DNA of 64,000 nt from Patescibacteria group bacterium (GTDB taxonomy: Bacteria > Patescibacteriota > Patescibacteriia > UBA10025 > JAHIVO01): positions 519,006-583,005 of the forward strand of contig JAQULM010000001.1 in assembly GCA_028718605.1 (NCBI GenBank), given 5' to 3'. The notes beneath the pieces were generated by a model that did not search any database, was not told the origin of the DNA, and worked only from the letters and a program-made list of their open reading frames with translations. The first letter of the stretch is position 1. Each line of letters opens with the position of its first letter. Position numbers and translations under genes: made by a program. Positions 1-9,414 of the stretch are shown piece after piece.

Positions 1-2
1 GT

Positions 3-662
3 GACCTCGACGGCACCGTCATCGCGAGCATCGTCGGCAAAGACGAGCATGAGTTCGCCGAAATGGCGGAACGCCTGCTCCCCGGCGAATTTTCGGCTGT
101 CGAACTCGCACTGTCGTGCCCCCATACGCCGGGGTATGGCACGCTCGCTGGCCAGAATTCGCCCGAGAACACGGAAAGCATCACCCGCGCAGTGCGCGAA
201 AAAACCAAGCTCCCGCTGTTCGTGAAGCTCTCGCCGAATTCCAGCGCGATCGCAGACGTCGCGCGTGCCGCAGAAGCGGGCGGCGCTGACGGCATCACGG
301 CAACGAACACCATGGGACCTGGAATGGTCATCGACATACAGACAGGGCAGCCGATCCTGGATTTTAAAATGGGCGGTGTATCTGGTCCGGCACTACGGCC
401 AATCGCTGTACGGTGCATCTATGATATTTATAAAGCAGTGCGGATTCCGATCATCGGGTGCGGCGGCATCACGTACGGCCGCGACGCAATCGAAATGATG
501 ATGGTTGGCGCATCTGCCGTTGAAATCGGCACGGGCGTTTATTACCGCGGCATCGATGTTTTCAAGAAAGTATGCCGGGAAATTGAGTCCTTCATGGAAA
601 TAAACCGCTATGCATCGCCGAAAGATTTTATCGGACGGACGCATAAACTGGAAGAAGTATAA
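3..662 (+). CDS. pyrD: Dihydroorotate dehydrogenase family 1B catalytic subunit (5' truncated by window edge)
   Basis: Motifs ELALSCPH, VKLSPN, ATNT, GGVSGPALRP, IIGCGGI; the frame is open back to the window start; lies next to pyrK. Confidence 0.95.
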   Translation, partial: DLDGTVIASIVGKDEHEFAEMAERLLPGEFSAVELALSCPHTPGYGTLAGQNSPENTESITRAVREKTKLPLFVKLSPNSSAIADVARAAEAGGADGITATNTMGPGMVIDIQTGQPILDFKMGGVSGPALRPIAVRCIYDIYKAVRIPIIGCGGITYGRDAIEMMMVGASAVEIGTGVYYRGIDVFKKVCREIESFMEINRYASPKDFIGRTHKLEEV

Positions 663-666
663 TACT

Positions 667-1491
667 ATGGAACGGCCTCTTGGTACCATCGAACAGCCTC
701 GCTCCCTGCCGATCAAGAAAATCGTGCAGGAAAACGCGAACGTACGGACGTTTTACTTTGCCACCGAAATGAAGGCAAAACCAGGCCAGTTTGTCATCAT
801 GTGGATCCCCCGCGTGGACGAGAAACCGTTCAGCGTCTCGGTAAATGAAAAGGGAACGCTGGGCTTGAGCATCGCGGATGTCGGCCGATTTACCCACAAG
901 CTATTCACGCTGAAGGTTGGGGATTATGTCGGTATCCGCGGACCGTACGGATCCTGGTTCAAGCTTGAACCGCGCGCAAAGCGCATACTCCTTGTTGGCG
1001 GCGGGTATGGCGTTGCGCCACTCGCATACCTCGCGGAACAGGCAAAACACGCTGGTATCGCAGTAGATTTCTGCATCGGCGCCCGGACGAAAGACCTCCT
1101 GATGTTTGAAAAACGCTTGCGGGACCTCAAGGCGACGCTCCACGTTGCAACCGACGACGGTTCCGCGGGCCAGCGCGGGTTCGTCACTGAAGCCGCGAAT
1201 GCGTGTATGGAAAAAAATACGTACGACTCCGTATACGTCTGTGGCCCTGAAATGATGGAGAAAAAACTCGTTGAACTCTGCGCCGGGCGCACAATCCCGT
1301 GCCAGGTGAGCATCGAGCGGTACATGAAGTGCGGCTTCGGCATCTGCGGCCAGTGCTGCGTTGACGGCTCCGGCGCGCGGATGTGCACTGAGGGGCCGGT
1401 CGTGACCGGCGAGTACGCGAGCAAGCAAACGGAATTCGGCTCGTACCACCGTACCGGCAGCGGAATGAAACAATACTACCATGGACACTAA
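667..1491 (+). CDS. pyrK: Dihydroorotate dehydrogenase electron transfer subunit
   Basis: PGQF, RGPYG, GGGYG, CGPE and the 2Fe-2S motif MKCGFGICGQC...C; ATG at 667. Confidence 0.93.
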   Translation: MERPLGTIEQPRSLPIKKIVQENANVRTFYFATEMKAKPGQFVIMWIPRVDEKPFSVSVNEKGTLGLSIADVGRFTHKLFTLKVGDYVGIRGPYGSWFKLEPRAKRILLVGGGYGVAPLAYLAEQAKHAGIAVDFCIGARTKDLLMFEKRLRDLKATLHVATDDGSAGQRGFVTEAANACMEKNTYDSVYVCGPEMMEKKLVELCAGRTIPCQVSIERYMKCGFGICGQCCVDGSGARMCTEGPVVTGEYASKQTEFGSYHRTGSGMKQYYHGH

Positions 1492-2776
1492 CCTGCGTAA
1501 CTGCACACTCACGGACGACCGCCGGGTCGATATTGCCATCCGCGAAGGAAAAATCTCGGCGATCGGCGCAATTGAAGGCAAAGCGCGTGAGATCAACGCC
1601 GGCGGCAATCTCGTACTTCCTGGCATCATTGATGCGCACGTGCATTTCCGTGAACCAGGCGCAGAGCATAAAGAGGATTGGCTCACGGGTTCCCGCGCTG
1701 CAGTCGCGGGCGGCGTGACGACTGTCATTGACATGCCAAACAACGAACCGCCGGCTGTCGACGAACACTCGTTGAATATCAAACGCGGCCGTGCACAAAA
1801 AAGCCTGGTGAATTACGGATTTTTCCTCGGCGCAACGAAAGATAATCTTGCGGACATCCAGGACGCGCGTACCATCGCGGGCGTAAAACTATTTATGGGA
1901 GCATCAACAGGCACGCTGCTCGTCTCTGAGGACGAGGATATAAAAAACCTCCTGTCTATTCCTGGAATCCGCTGGGTCGTGCATGCCGAGGACGAACGTC
2001 TAATCCAAGAAAATTTGGTACGATATGCAGCTAATGATAACCCTTCAGTGCACTCGCGCATCAGGAGCCGGGAAACCGCGATCCGCGCAGTCCAGCGCAT
2101 TATCACACTCGCAGAAAAAACCGGAGCACGCGTGCACATCTGCCATTTAAGCACCGCGGAAGAAATCGAACTCGTAGCGCGCGCCAAGCGCAGCCACCTG
2201 CCAATAACCTGCGAAGTGTCCCCCCATCACCTCTTTCTCAATTCCACGGCATACGTGAAGTTCGGCAATTTTGTAAAAGTCAATCCGCCGCTCCGCACGC
2301 CTGACGACAGTGCGGCGCTCTGGGAAGCACTGCGGAATGGTACGATCGATATCGTCGCGACAGACCATGCCCCCCATACCATTGACGAAAAATGGAAGGA
2401 ATACCAACAAGCTCCCGCTGGCATCCCAGAAATCCAAACATCGCTACCACTCATGCTCAACGCTGTTTATCAGGGAAAATTCTCGCTCCAACTGCTCGAA
2501 CGCCTCATGGCTGCACAACCAGCCGCATTGTACGGCATCAAGGGCAAGGGTGCGCTTGCCGAGGGCTTCGATGCGGACATCACGGTTGTCGATTTACGCC
2601 AAACGAAAACGTTCAAAAAGTCCGACGTCAAGTCAAAATGCGGGTGGTCCCCATACGACGGGTGGGAACTTGCCGGGTGGCCGATCATGACGTTTGTTAA
2701 TGGCAATCTCGTGTATAATAACGGTGCGATACATAATGAATTCCAAGGAAAGGAAATCTCTTATGAAAAAGTATAA
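1481..2776 (+). CDS. pyrC: Dihydroorotase (amidohydrolase family)
   Basis: PGIIDAHVHFREPG, DMPN, VNPPLR, TDHAPH; pyr operon context. Confidence 0.93.
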   Translation: MDTNLRNCTLTDDRRVDIAIREGKISAIGAIEGKAREINAGGNLVLPGIIDAHVHFREPGAEHKEDWLTGSRAAVAGGVTTVIDMPNNEPPAVDEHSLNIKRGRAQKSLVNYGFFLGATKDNLADIQDARTIAGVKLFMGASTGTLLVSEDEDIKNLLSIPGIRWVVHAEDERLIQENLVRYAANDNPSVHSRIRSRETAIRAVQRIITLAEKTGARVHICHLSTAEEIELVARAKRSHLPITCEVSPHHLFLNSTAYVKFGNFVKVNPPLRTPDDSAALWEALRNGTIDIVATDHAPHTIDEKWKEYQQAPAGIPEIQTSLPLMLNAVYQGKFSLQLLERLMAAQPAALYGIKGKGALAEGFDADITVVDLRQTKTFKKSDVKSKCGWSPYDGWELAGWPIMTFVNGNLVYNNGAIHNEFQGKEISYEKV

Positions 2777-3434
2777 AAAAGACTTCATTGAATTCCTCGC
2801 AACGACCGGTGCGCTCAAGTTCGGCGAATTTACCCTGAAGAGCGGCAGGAAATCACCCTACTTCTTCACAACGGGCAATTTCAATGCCGGCGAGACAATC
2901 TATCGCCTTGGCTACTTCTACGCCGCCGCCGTCAAGGGCGACGAGAAAAAATTCGATATCATTTTCGGGCCAGCATATAAAGGGATTCCGCTCGCTGTGT
3001 CAACGTCTATCGCTCTTGCGAAAAAATTCAAAATCGACAAAGGATATCTTTTTGACCGGAAAGAAACGAAAGAGTACGGCGACAAGAGCGCGTTCGTCGG
3101 CTGCGAGCCGCGGGGGAATGAAAAAATCCTCCTGATCGATGACGTCATGACGACCGGCAAAACCAAGGAGGACGCGGTTGAAAAACTGCGAGCGAGCTTC
3201 CCCCATATCACGATTACAGGCCTCGTCATCGCCCTGAACCGTGAGGAAACTGACGCGGACGGCAATGACGCACTGAAAGAATTTGAAAAAAAATACAGCA
3301 TCCCCGTCACTTCAATCATCACGATCCATGACGTACTTAAGCACCTGCATAATAAAACAATAGACGGAAAAATCTACCTTGATGACGTCATGAAGGAAAA
3401 TATCGAGCGTTATCTAAAAGATTACGGAGTCTAA
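2763..3434 (+). CDS. pyrE: Orotate phosphoribosyltransferase
   Basis: FGEFTLKSGRKSPYF, GPAYKGIP, PRPP-binding LIDDVMTTG. Confidence 0.96.
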   Translation: MKKYKKDFIEFLATTGALKFGEFTLKSGRKSPYFFTTGNFNAGETIYRLGYFYAAAVKGDEKKFDIIFGPAYKGIPLAVSTSIALAKKFKIDKGYLFDRKETKEYGDKSAFVGCEPRGNEKILLIDDVMTTGKTKEDAVEKLRASFPHITITGLVIALNREETDADGNDALKEFEKKYSIPVTSIITIHDVLKHLHNKTIDGKIYLDDVMKENIERYLKDYGV

Positions 3435-3444
3435 CGCACCACCT

Positions 3445-4266
3445 ATGGACGCTAGGACGACCCAATCGTATACAGAACGCGCCAAGCAAGCAACCAACCC
3501 GGTTGCGAAGCAGCTTTTCGAACTGATGGAACAGAAAAAAACGAACCTCTGCCTCGCGAACGACGAATCTGATGTTGAAAAATTCCTCGGCCATATCGAA
3601 CAGCTGGGCGAATACCTCGCGGTTTTAAAAATGCACGTGGACATCCTGGAAAACTTCACCCCGGGCGTGATTGTAAAAATCCGCTCGCTCGCGAAAAAAC
3701 ACAACTTCCTTATTTTCGAGGACCGGAAATTCGCCGACATCGGCAATACCGTATCAATGCAGTACGAAAAAGGTGTATATAAAATTGCCGAGTGGGCGCA
3801 CCTCACCAATTGCCATGTAATCCCCGGCCCTGGCATTATTGAGGGCTTAAAAACTGTTGCGGACAAGCAAACAGAACCGCGCGGCCTGATACTCCTTGCC
3901 CAGATGAGTTCAAAAGGCAATCTCGCCACTGACGAATACACCGCACAAGCCGTAACAATGGCTGAACACTACCCTGGTTTTATTGTCGGATTTATTGGTA
4001 ACGGCGGTAAAGTGAAGGAGCTAAAAAAACTGTCCGCTATCGCCTCACCTCAATTTATTATTCTAACGCCGGGCGTGAACCTGACATCAACGGGAGATAA
4101 GCTCGGCCAGCAATACACGACACCTGCGGATGTCATCGCCGCCGGCGCTGACGTGATAATCGTCGGCCGCGGCATCTACAGCGCATCCGACCCTATCAAA
4201 GCAGCGGAACAGTACCGTGCCGCCGGCTGGGAAGCATACTTAAAAAGAATAACCAATGCCCAATAA
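3445..4266 (+). CDS. pyrF: Orotidine-5'-phosphate decarboxylase
   Basis: KMHVD, FEDRKFADIGNTV, TPGV, GQQY, IVGRGIY. Confidence 0.96.
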   Translation: MDARTTQSYTERAKQATNPVAKQLFELMEQKKTNLCLANDESDVEKFLGHIEQLGEYLAVLKMHVDILENFTPGVIVKIRSLAKKHNFLIFEDRKFADIGNTVSMQYEKGVYKIAEWAHLTNCHVIPGPGIIEGLKTVADKQTEPRGLILLAQMSSKGNLATDEYTAQAVTMAEHYPGFIVGFIGNGGKVKELKKLSAIASPQFIILTPGVNLTSTGDKLGQQYTTPADVIAAGADVIIVGRGIYSASDPIKAAEQYRAAGWEAYLKRITNAQ

Positions 4267-4340
4267 CCAATATCCAATTACTGGTCATGGGACATTATAA
4301 TAATTGGTCATTCATTGGAAATTGGATATTGGGGAATTGA
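4250..4340. repeat. Short tandem heptamer repeats in inverted arrangement (NNCCAAT x4 ... NATTGGN x4)
   Basis: AACCAAT GCCCAAT AACCAAT ATCCAAT followed by CATTGGA AATTGGA TATTGGG GAATTGA. Confidence 0.7.
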
Positions 4341-4374
4341 ATAATTTAAAAAACTTCAATTAATTACGCTACCT

Positions 4375-5310
4375 ATGAAACACTGCCTCCACCTCAAAGA
4401 CTGGCAAGCCGACGAAATACGCGCTGTTATCGAGCGCGCGATGGAGATTAAAAAAAACCCTGCTGAGCACGGCGACGTACTGAAAAACAAGACGCTCATC
4501 ATGCTGTTCCAAAAGGGATCAACGCGCACCCGGCTCTCGTTTGAAGCGGGAATGACGCAGCTCGGCGGGCATGGTATCTTCATTGACCAAAAAACAACGC
4601 AGTTCTCGTTGACTGATTTCCGGGACGAGATACGGGCAGTGATGCGGTTCGGCGATGTCCTGATGTTCCGCGCTTTAAAAGCCGCGGACGTGCTCACCGC
4701 AGCCTCGTTCAACCAGATACCGGTCATCGACGCGTGCTCAGAAAAGTACCACCCCTGCCAGGCATTGGGCGACCTCCTGACAATGGCTGAGCATTCAGGC
4801 GGATTAGATAAAATTAAAAAAGTCGTCTGGCTCGGCATTGAAAATAACGTTTCAAACACGCTGAAACTCGCATGCGCTAAGCTCGGGATTGACGTATGGA
4901 TCGCCGCGCCAAAAGCGCACCAACCGAGCATTGATCCAGAATTGAACAAGATGGCTGATGCCACGGGTAAAGTTCATACAACGCTCGACCTCAAAGAGGC
5001 AATGGAGGGTGCGGACTACGTGCATACCGACACCTGGGTCGATATGGAATTCTTCGACAATGGCAAGGTAAAGCCGAGCTTCCAGGAAGAGTTTGACGCG
5101 CGGGTCGCGATGTTCAAGCCGTACCAGCTCAACGCCGCCCTGCTCGAAAAGCACAATCCCAACGCGAAAATCATGCACTGCATGCCCTGCCATATCGGCT
5201 ATGAAATAACGTCCGATGCTATCAACCACCCGAATTCAGTCATCTTCGACCAGGCAGAGAACCGGATGCACATCCAAAAAGCGATCATCTTGCATCTGCT
5301 CGGGAAATAA
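4375..5310 (+). CDS. argF: Ornithine carbamoyltransferase-like transcarbamylase
   Basis: STRTR, HPCQALGD, DTWVDM, MHCMP, FDQAENRMH. Confidence 0.85.
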   Translation: MKHCLHLKDWQADEIRAVIERAMEIKKNPAEHGDVLKNKTLIMLFQKGSTRTRLSFEAGMTQLGGHGIFIDQKTTQFSLTDFRDEIRAVMRFGDVLMFRALKAADVLTAASFNQIPVIDACSEKYHPCQALGDLLTMAEHSGGLDKIKKVVWLGIENNVSNTLKLACAKLGIDVWIAAPKAHQPSIDPELNKMADATGKVHTTLDLKEAMEGADYVHTDTWVDMEFFDNGKVKPSFQEEFDARVAMFKPYQLNAALLEKHNPNAKIMHCMPCHIGYEITSDAINHPNSVIFDQAENRMHIQKAIILHLLGK

Positions 5311-5435
5311 TATCCACGCTCCCTATCCTGCAAAATACTCGAAAATGATTAAGCACCAAAAAGGTTTTTAGAATCGCGGGGTCCAGGGGCTTCTTAATCA
5401 AAATTCCTTCTTCCCCGCCCATATAAAAAATATTG

Positions 5436-5564
5436 CTGAAATTGAGCGAGGAGGAATGGTCCGCCCTTTGGGCGAGACCGCGGTGTCCTGTTCGAGCGTA
5501 CGAGCGTGCCCATGGGCACGCGAGAAGCGAGTTACACCGCGGAATGACGACGAGCCAATTTCAG
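5436..5564. repeat. REP/MITE-like structured palindromic element
   Basis: Terminal inverted repeat CTGAAATTG/CAATTTCAG with nested stems CCGCGGTGT/ACACCGCGG and GCGTGCCCATGGGCACGC. Confidence 0.6.
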
Positions 5565-5669
5565 ACAATTTTTTATCCTGGGCGGAATCTCTTTTCTGTC
5601 ACTTTTCTTGATTCGAAGAAAAGTGACAAAGCTACTCTTGGCGCCAAGAAAAGTGGCAATATAATCACT

Positions 5670-5735
5670 TTTGACCAGGCTGAAAACCGGATGCACATCC
5701 AGAAGTCAATTATCCTGCAGCTGCTCGGGAAATAG
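5670..5735 (+). repeat. Diverged duplicate 2 of the argF 3'-terminal 66 bp
   Basis: Encodes FDQAENRMHIQKSIILQLLGK*; 55/66 identical to 5245-5310. Confidence 0.92.
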
Positions 5736-5791
5736 CACGAACGAAACCTCGTCAAAATCAATCTGATAAACTCGGTTGTTTTGGCTTACCC

Positions 5792-5820
5792 TTGACAAAT
5801 AAAATAATCTCTGCTAATAT
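5792..5820 (+). promoter_or_regulatory. Sigma70-type promoter of the lipoprotein cassette
   Basis: TTGACA-17 bp-TAATAT. Confidence 0.65.
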
Positions 5821-5884
5821 TTCTTGTCATTACGCAAACAATGGCTCTTTGATTCTCTTCACACTACCCCTCGGGGAGGTATAT

Positions 5885-6394
5885 ATGTCCAGATCTCGCA
5901 TCACCTTAGTTATGGGAATGTTTATGCTGCTCACGGCCTCCATCCTCAACTACGGATGCAGTGAACAGCCGCAAGCACGGATCGAAGAAGAGGGGCTGCT
6001 CTGCCCGATCGACACAAACCTCAAAGCTACAATCAACAGGTATTTCACTCAAAACCCCATCCCGGCCGCCACTCGAAACGACACCACCTGGATCAGGGCA
6101 ATCGTCCTTAAAAAGGATCGTATTTTCACCACGTCCATGGACTTAGCTCTCGTCCTCTACTGTGAGAATGGGGAGCTAAGGAACTTGACTCCGAGCGGTT
6201 TTGCGCTCCCGGTGATAATCGACATGAACACACCGGTTGGCAGTGAAGTCTGGTTCTTCGATAAGAGGAAGATACGTGATGAGTATATTCACGATTCGGA
6301 AATCAGACTAATTAAGGAAGATGCTGTCTGTATCCCTGATCGCGTATTCACTGGGCCACCCCCAGCGTCACCAACAGCCGATTCGACCCTCTAG
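5885..6394 (+). CDS. Putative lipoprotein, unknown function
   Basis: Strong SD GGGAGG before ATG; hydrophobic signal peptide ending in lipobox-like NYGC. Confidence 0.7.
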   Translation: MSRSRITLVMGMFMLLTASILNYGCSEQPQARIEEEGLLCPIDTNLKATINRYFTQNPIPAATRNDTTWIRAIVLKKDRIFTTSMDLALVLYCENGELRNLTPSGFALPVIIDMNTPVGSEVWFFDKRKIRDEYIHDSEIRLIKEDAVCIPDRVFTGPPPASPTADSTL

Positions 6395-6420
6395 TATCGC
6401 TCCTATCAGAAATCTCCCTG

Positions 6421-6451
6421 CCTCCCGGCTTACTACAAGTCGGGAGGTTTT
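6421..6451 (+). terminator. Intrinsic terminator
   Basis: CCTCCCGGCTT-loop-AAGTCGGGAGG followed by TTTT. Confidence 0.7.
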
Positions 6452-6454
6452 CGT

Positions 6455-6520
6455 TTCGACCAGGCAGAGAACCGGATGCATATTCAAAAAGCGATCATCC
6501 TCCATCTACTCGGAACGTAG
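6455..6520 (+). repeat. Diverged duplicate 3 of the argF 3'-terminal 66 bp
   Basis: Encodes FDQAENRMHIQKAIILHLLGT*; 57/66 identical to 5245-5310. Confidence 0.92.
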
Positions 6521-6698
6521 GGGGTGCATACAAGGACCACGCAATGCCAGACAGCTACCCTTGGCTGCCTTCGGGCCTGGTTTTTGATTTGAAAAAAATA
6601 CCTAATATGGTAAAATATCCCCATATAGAGGGCCTGAACCCTCTCTCCATTTTTAAATCCCGTATTGTTCCGCTGCATCCCTTTAATCCGCACCAATC

Positions 6699-9365
6699 AT
6701 GTATCTCCAAAAACTAGTAATCCAGGGCTTCAAATCATTCGCAAACAAAAGCGAGTTGGAATTTACCCCCGGCGTTACCGCAATCGTCGGCCCGAACGGT
6801 TCCGGAAAATCGAATATCGCCGATTCAGTCCGGTGGGTCTTGGGCGAGCAGAGCCTCAAGACGCTCCGCGGCAAGAAATCCGAGGACGTGATTTTCGCAG
6901 GCTCTGACAAGAAAACCAGGCTCGGGTACTGCCAGGTTGATTTGCATTTGAATAATGAGGACCGTACGGCACCCGTCGACTACCAGGAAATCGTGATCTC
7001 GCGTAAAGTGTACCGTGACGGCGAGGGGGAATATTTCATTAATAAAAACCGCGTCCGGCTCCAAGATATACTGATGCTGCTCGCAAAATCAAACTTTGGC
7101 CAGCGTTCCTACAGCATCATCAGCCAGGGAACGGTCGACCTGTTCCTCGCGGCCACGCCGCTCCAGCGCAAGGAATACTTTGATGAAGCGGCTGGCGTGC
7201 GGCAATTCCAGATCAAAAAAGAGCAGGCAGAGCATAAACTAGCCCTAACGAAGGACAATTTGTACCAGGCAGACCTCCTTACACAGGAAATCGAGCCACG
7301 TTTGCGTTCGCTGACGCGGCAGGTGCGCAGGCTCGAGCGCCGCGAAGAGGTAACGAAAGAACTGAAAGAACTCCAGCATACGTACTACGGGGGTTTGTGG
7401 CACGATTTAAAAAATAAACGTGAGCATGAACAGCAGCAATACAACCTCGCGGAACTGAAACAGCATGAAGCGGAAACCGCCCTGCAGGAAATCCAAAACA
7501 ACATGCAGCAGCTTGCGCTCGGCTCGACGCGCCAGGAAGAATTCCAGCAGCTGCAGCGCGAGTATGATACGGTGATCACCCGAAAAAACGCTCTCCTGAA
7601 AGACCAGGCAGTGCTCAAGGGCAGGACGGAGGCTGACCGAGAACAACGCGGCGAATTCGACCTGGTATGGCTCGAACGAAAACAGGAACAGCTTGCACAC
7701 GAAACCAACGCACTTGCAACAAGTATCAAAGAATTTAAAACAGAAGAAGAACGGCACACCGACCAACTGAAGGTGAAGGAACGTGAGCTGAAAGAGCAAG
7801 ATATGCAGCATGTCGCCCTCTCCAATAAACTCCGGATGGCGAAAGAAAAGCTGCAGCAGAAAAAATCTATCGCGCTCCCTGACCTCGCGCGTGAAATCGA
7901 GGATATTTATAACCGATTTAACGGCCTCCTGGAAAAAATTAACGCCGCTGCCACCATCGAGGAGGTTAAAGTCCTCCGCGCTGACCTTAAAACACTCGTG
8001 ACCGAACTCGCCCAGCTGAATCACCGCCTCGGGGGCTCGAATGCAGGTGACCCCCGTGATGTGATCGAATTGCAGGATGCAATTGCCGAACTCCTAAGTG
8101 CGAAAGACGCACTTCTCACTACGATCAACGATTTTCGCGTAAAAATCCAAGTATCCCAGGAACGCGTCTCCCTCAACCAACGCCAACTTCAATCCGTCGA
8201 ACAAGAGCGCGAAAAGGTAAAAAATGAGCTTCAGCGTCTTACCACACGGATCTCGGCATCGGAGCGCGCGGCTAACATTTTAAAGGAAGAACAACAATTA
8301 AACCAACAAATCAAGCAAATCGACTCCTCACTCGCCGATATCAACCGCAAACTCGAGAAATTCAACCATGAAGAACAGAAGAAAAAAGAGGAAGTATTTG
8401 CGCTCCAGACAACCTTCTCAAAAAAGCAGGAAGAACTCAATCGCATCACAGCGGGATTAAACGATATCCGAGTAGAAATCGCCAAGGTCGAAACAAAACA
8501 GGAAGATATCGAACGGGAAATGGTCGATGAGCTGGCTGACGATGAACGCAACAGCATTTTCCAGCTTAAAAACCCTCCGGCACCGCAACCGCCCCTGTTC
8601 CAGGATATACAGAAGCTGAAACACCACCTCGAGCTGATCGGCGGCATTGATCCCCAGGTCAGCAAAGAGTACGAGGAAACCCAGAAGCGTTTCGACTTCC
8701 TGACGCACCAGAGCACTGACCTGCGAAAAGCCATCGAGGACCTGGAAGAGGCGATTGAAAGCTTAGACGAAACGATTAAAAAACAATTCAGTAAAGCATT
8801 CGAACAAATCAATAAGCAATTTACCGAATACTTTAAAGTGCTGTTCAATGGAGGCAACGCAACGCTCACGCTCGTAAAAGAAGAGCCGCGCTCGCCTGAA
8901 ACAGACGAAGCCGACGGGGAAGACGGCGAGGACGTTGACGAGGCGGAATCCAAGCCTGCGGCCGTGCCAGAACCGAAACCAATTTTGCATAAAGAAAAAA
9001 TTATTACTGGCATTGACGTGCATGCGACGCCGCCGGGGAAACGGCTGCGAGGCATCAGCATGCTCTCAGGCGGGGAGCGGGCGCTGACGTCCATCGCTCT
9101 TATCTGTGCAATCATCCACAATAACCCGTCGCCATTCGTTATCCTGGACGAGGTCGACGCAGCGCTCGATGAATCGAATTCAATCCGGTTCGCTTCGATC
9201 GTCGAACGGCTCTCGAAGCGTTCGCAGTTTATCGTCATCACCCACAACAGGGCGACGATGAACAAAGCCCGGATTCTCTACGGGGTTACCATGGGCGATG
9301 ACGGCGTATCCAAACTCCTGTCTATCAACATCCAGGAAGCGGAAAAAGTCATCGCGGAAGCCTAA
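6699..9365 (+). CDS. smc: SMC-family chromosome segregation ATPase (short, no recognisable hinge)
   Basis: GFKSF, Walker A GPNGSGKSN, Q-loop ISQG, LSGGE signature, Walker B LDEVDAALD, ITH; long coiled coils. Confidence 0.92.
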   Translation: MYLQKLVIQGFKSFANKSELEFTPGVTAIVGPNGSGKSNIADSVRWVLGEQSLKTLRGKKSEDVIFAGSDKKTRLGYCQVDLHLNNEDRTAPVDYQEIVISRKVYRDGEGEYFINKNRVRLQDILMLLAKSNFGQRSYSIISQGTVDLFLAATPLQRKEYFDEAAGVRQFQIKKEQAEHKLALTKDNLYQADLLTQEIEPRLRSLTRQVRRLERREEVTKELKELQHTYYGGLWHDLKNKREHEQQQYNLAELKQHEAETALQEIQNNMQQLALGSTRQEEFQQLQREYDTVITRKNALLKDQAVLKGRTEADREQRGEFDLVWLERKQEQLAHETNALATSIKEFKTEEERHTDQLKVKERELKEQDMQHVALSNKLRMAKEKLQQKKSIALPDLAREIEDIYNRFNGLLEKINAAATIEEVKVLRADLKTLVTELAQLNHRLGGSNAGDPRDVIELQDAIAELLSAKDALLTTINDFRVKIQVSQERVSLNQRQLQSVEQEREKVKNELQRLTTRISASERAANILKEEQQLNQQIKQIDSSLADINRKLEKFNHEEQKKKEEVFALQTTFSKKQEELNRITAGLNDIRVEIAKVETKQEDIEREMVDELADDERNSIFQLKNPPAPQPPLFQDIQKLKHHLELIGGIDPQVSKEYEETQKRFDFLTHQSTDLRKAIEDLEEAIESLDETIKKQFSKAFEQINKQFTEYFKVLFNGGNATLTLVKEEPRSPETDEADGEDGEDVDEAESKPAAVPEPKPILHKEKIITGIDVHATPPGKRLRGISMLSGGERALTSIALICAIIHNNPSPFVILDEVDAALDESNSIRFASIVERLSKRSQFIVITHNRATMNKARILYGVTMGDDGVSKLLSINIQEAEKVIAEA

Positions 9366-9369
9366 GCCC

Positions 9370-9398
9370 TTGACAGCTTATCCAGCATTACCTATTAT
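9370..9398 (+). promoter_or_regulatory. Sigma70-type promoter of rpsP
   Basis: TTGACA-17 bp-TATTAT. Confidence 0.65.
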
Positions 9399-9414
9399 TA
9401 TTGTACAAAACACT

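Noticed and set aside
5433-5735. 100-aa ORF ending in an argF-like C-terminus
   Set aside because: It reads through palindromic repeat DNA into the duplicated tail, has a TTG start and no protein-like N-terminus
5245-6520. argF tail copies as a diversity-generating retroelement TR/VR pair
   Set aside because: Differences are not adenine-specific and are mostly synonymous; there is no reverse transcriptase in the window
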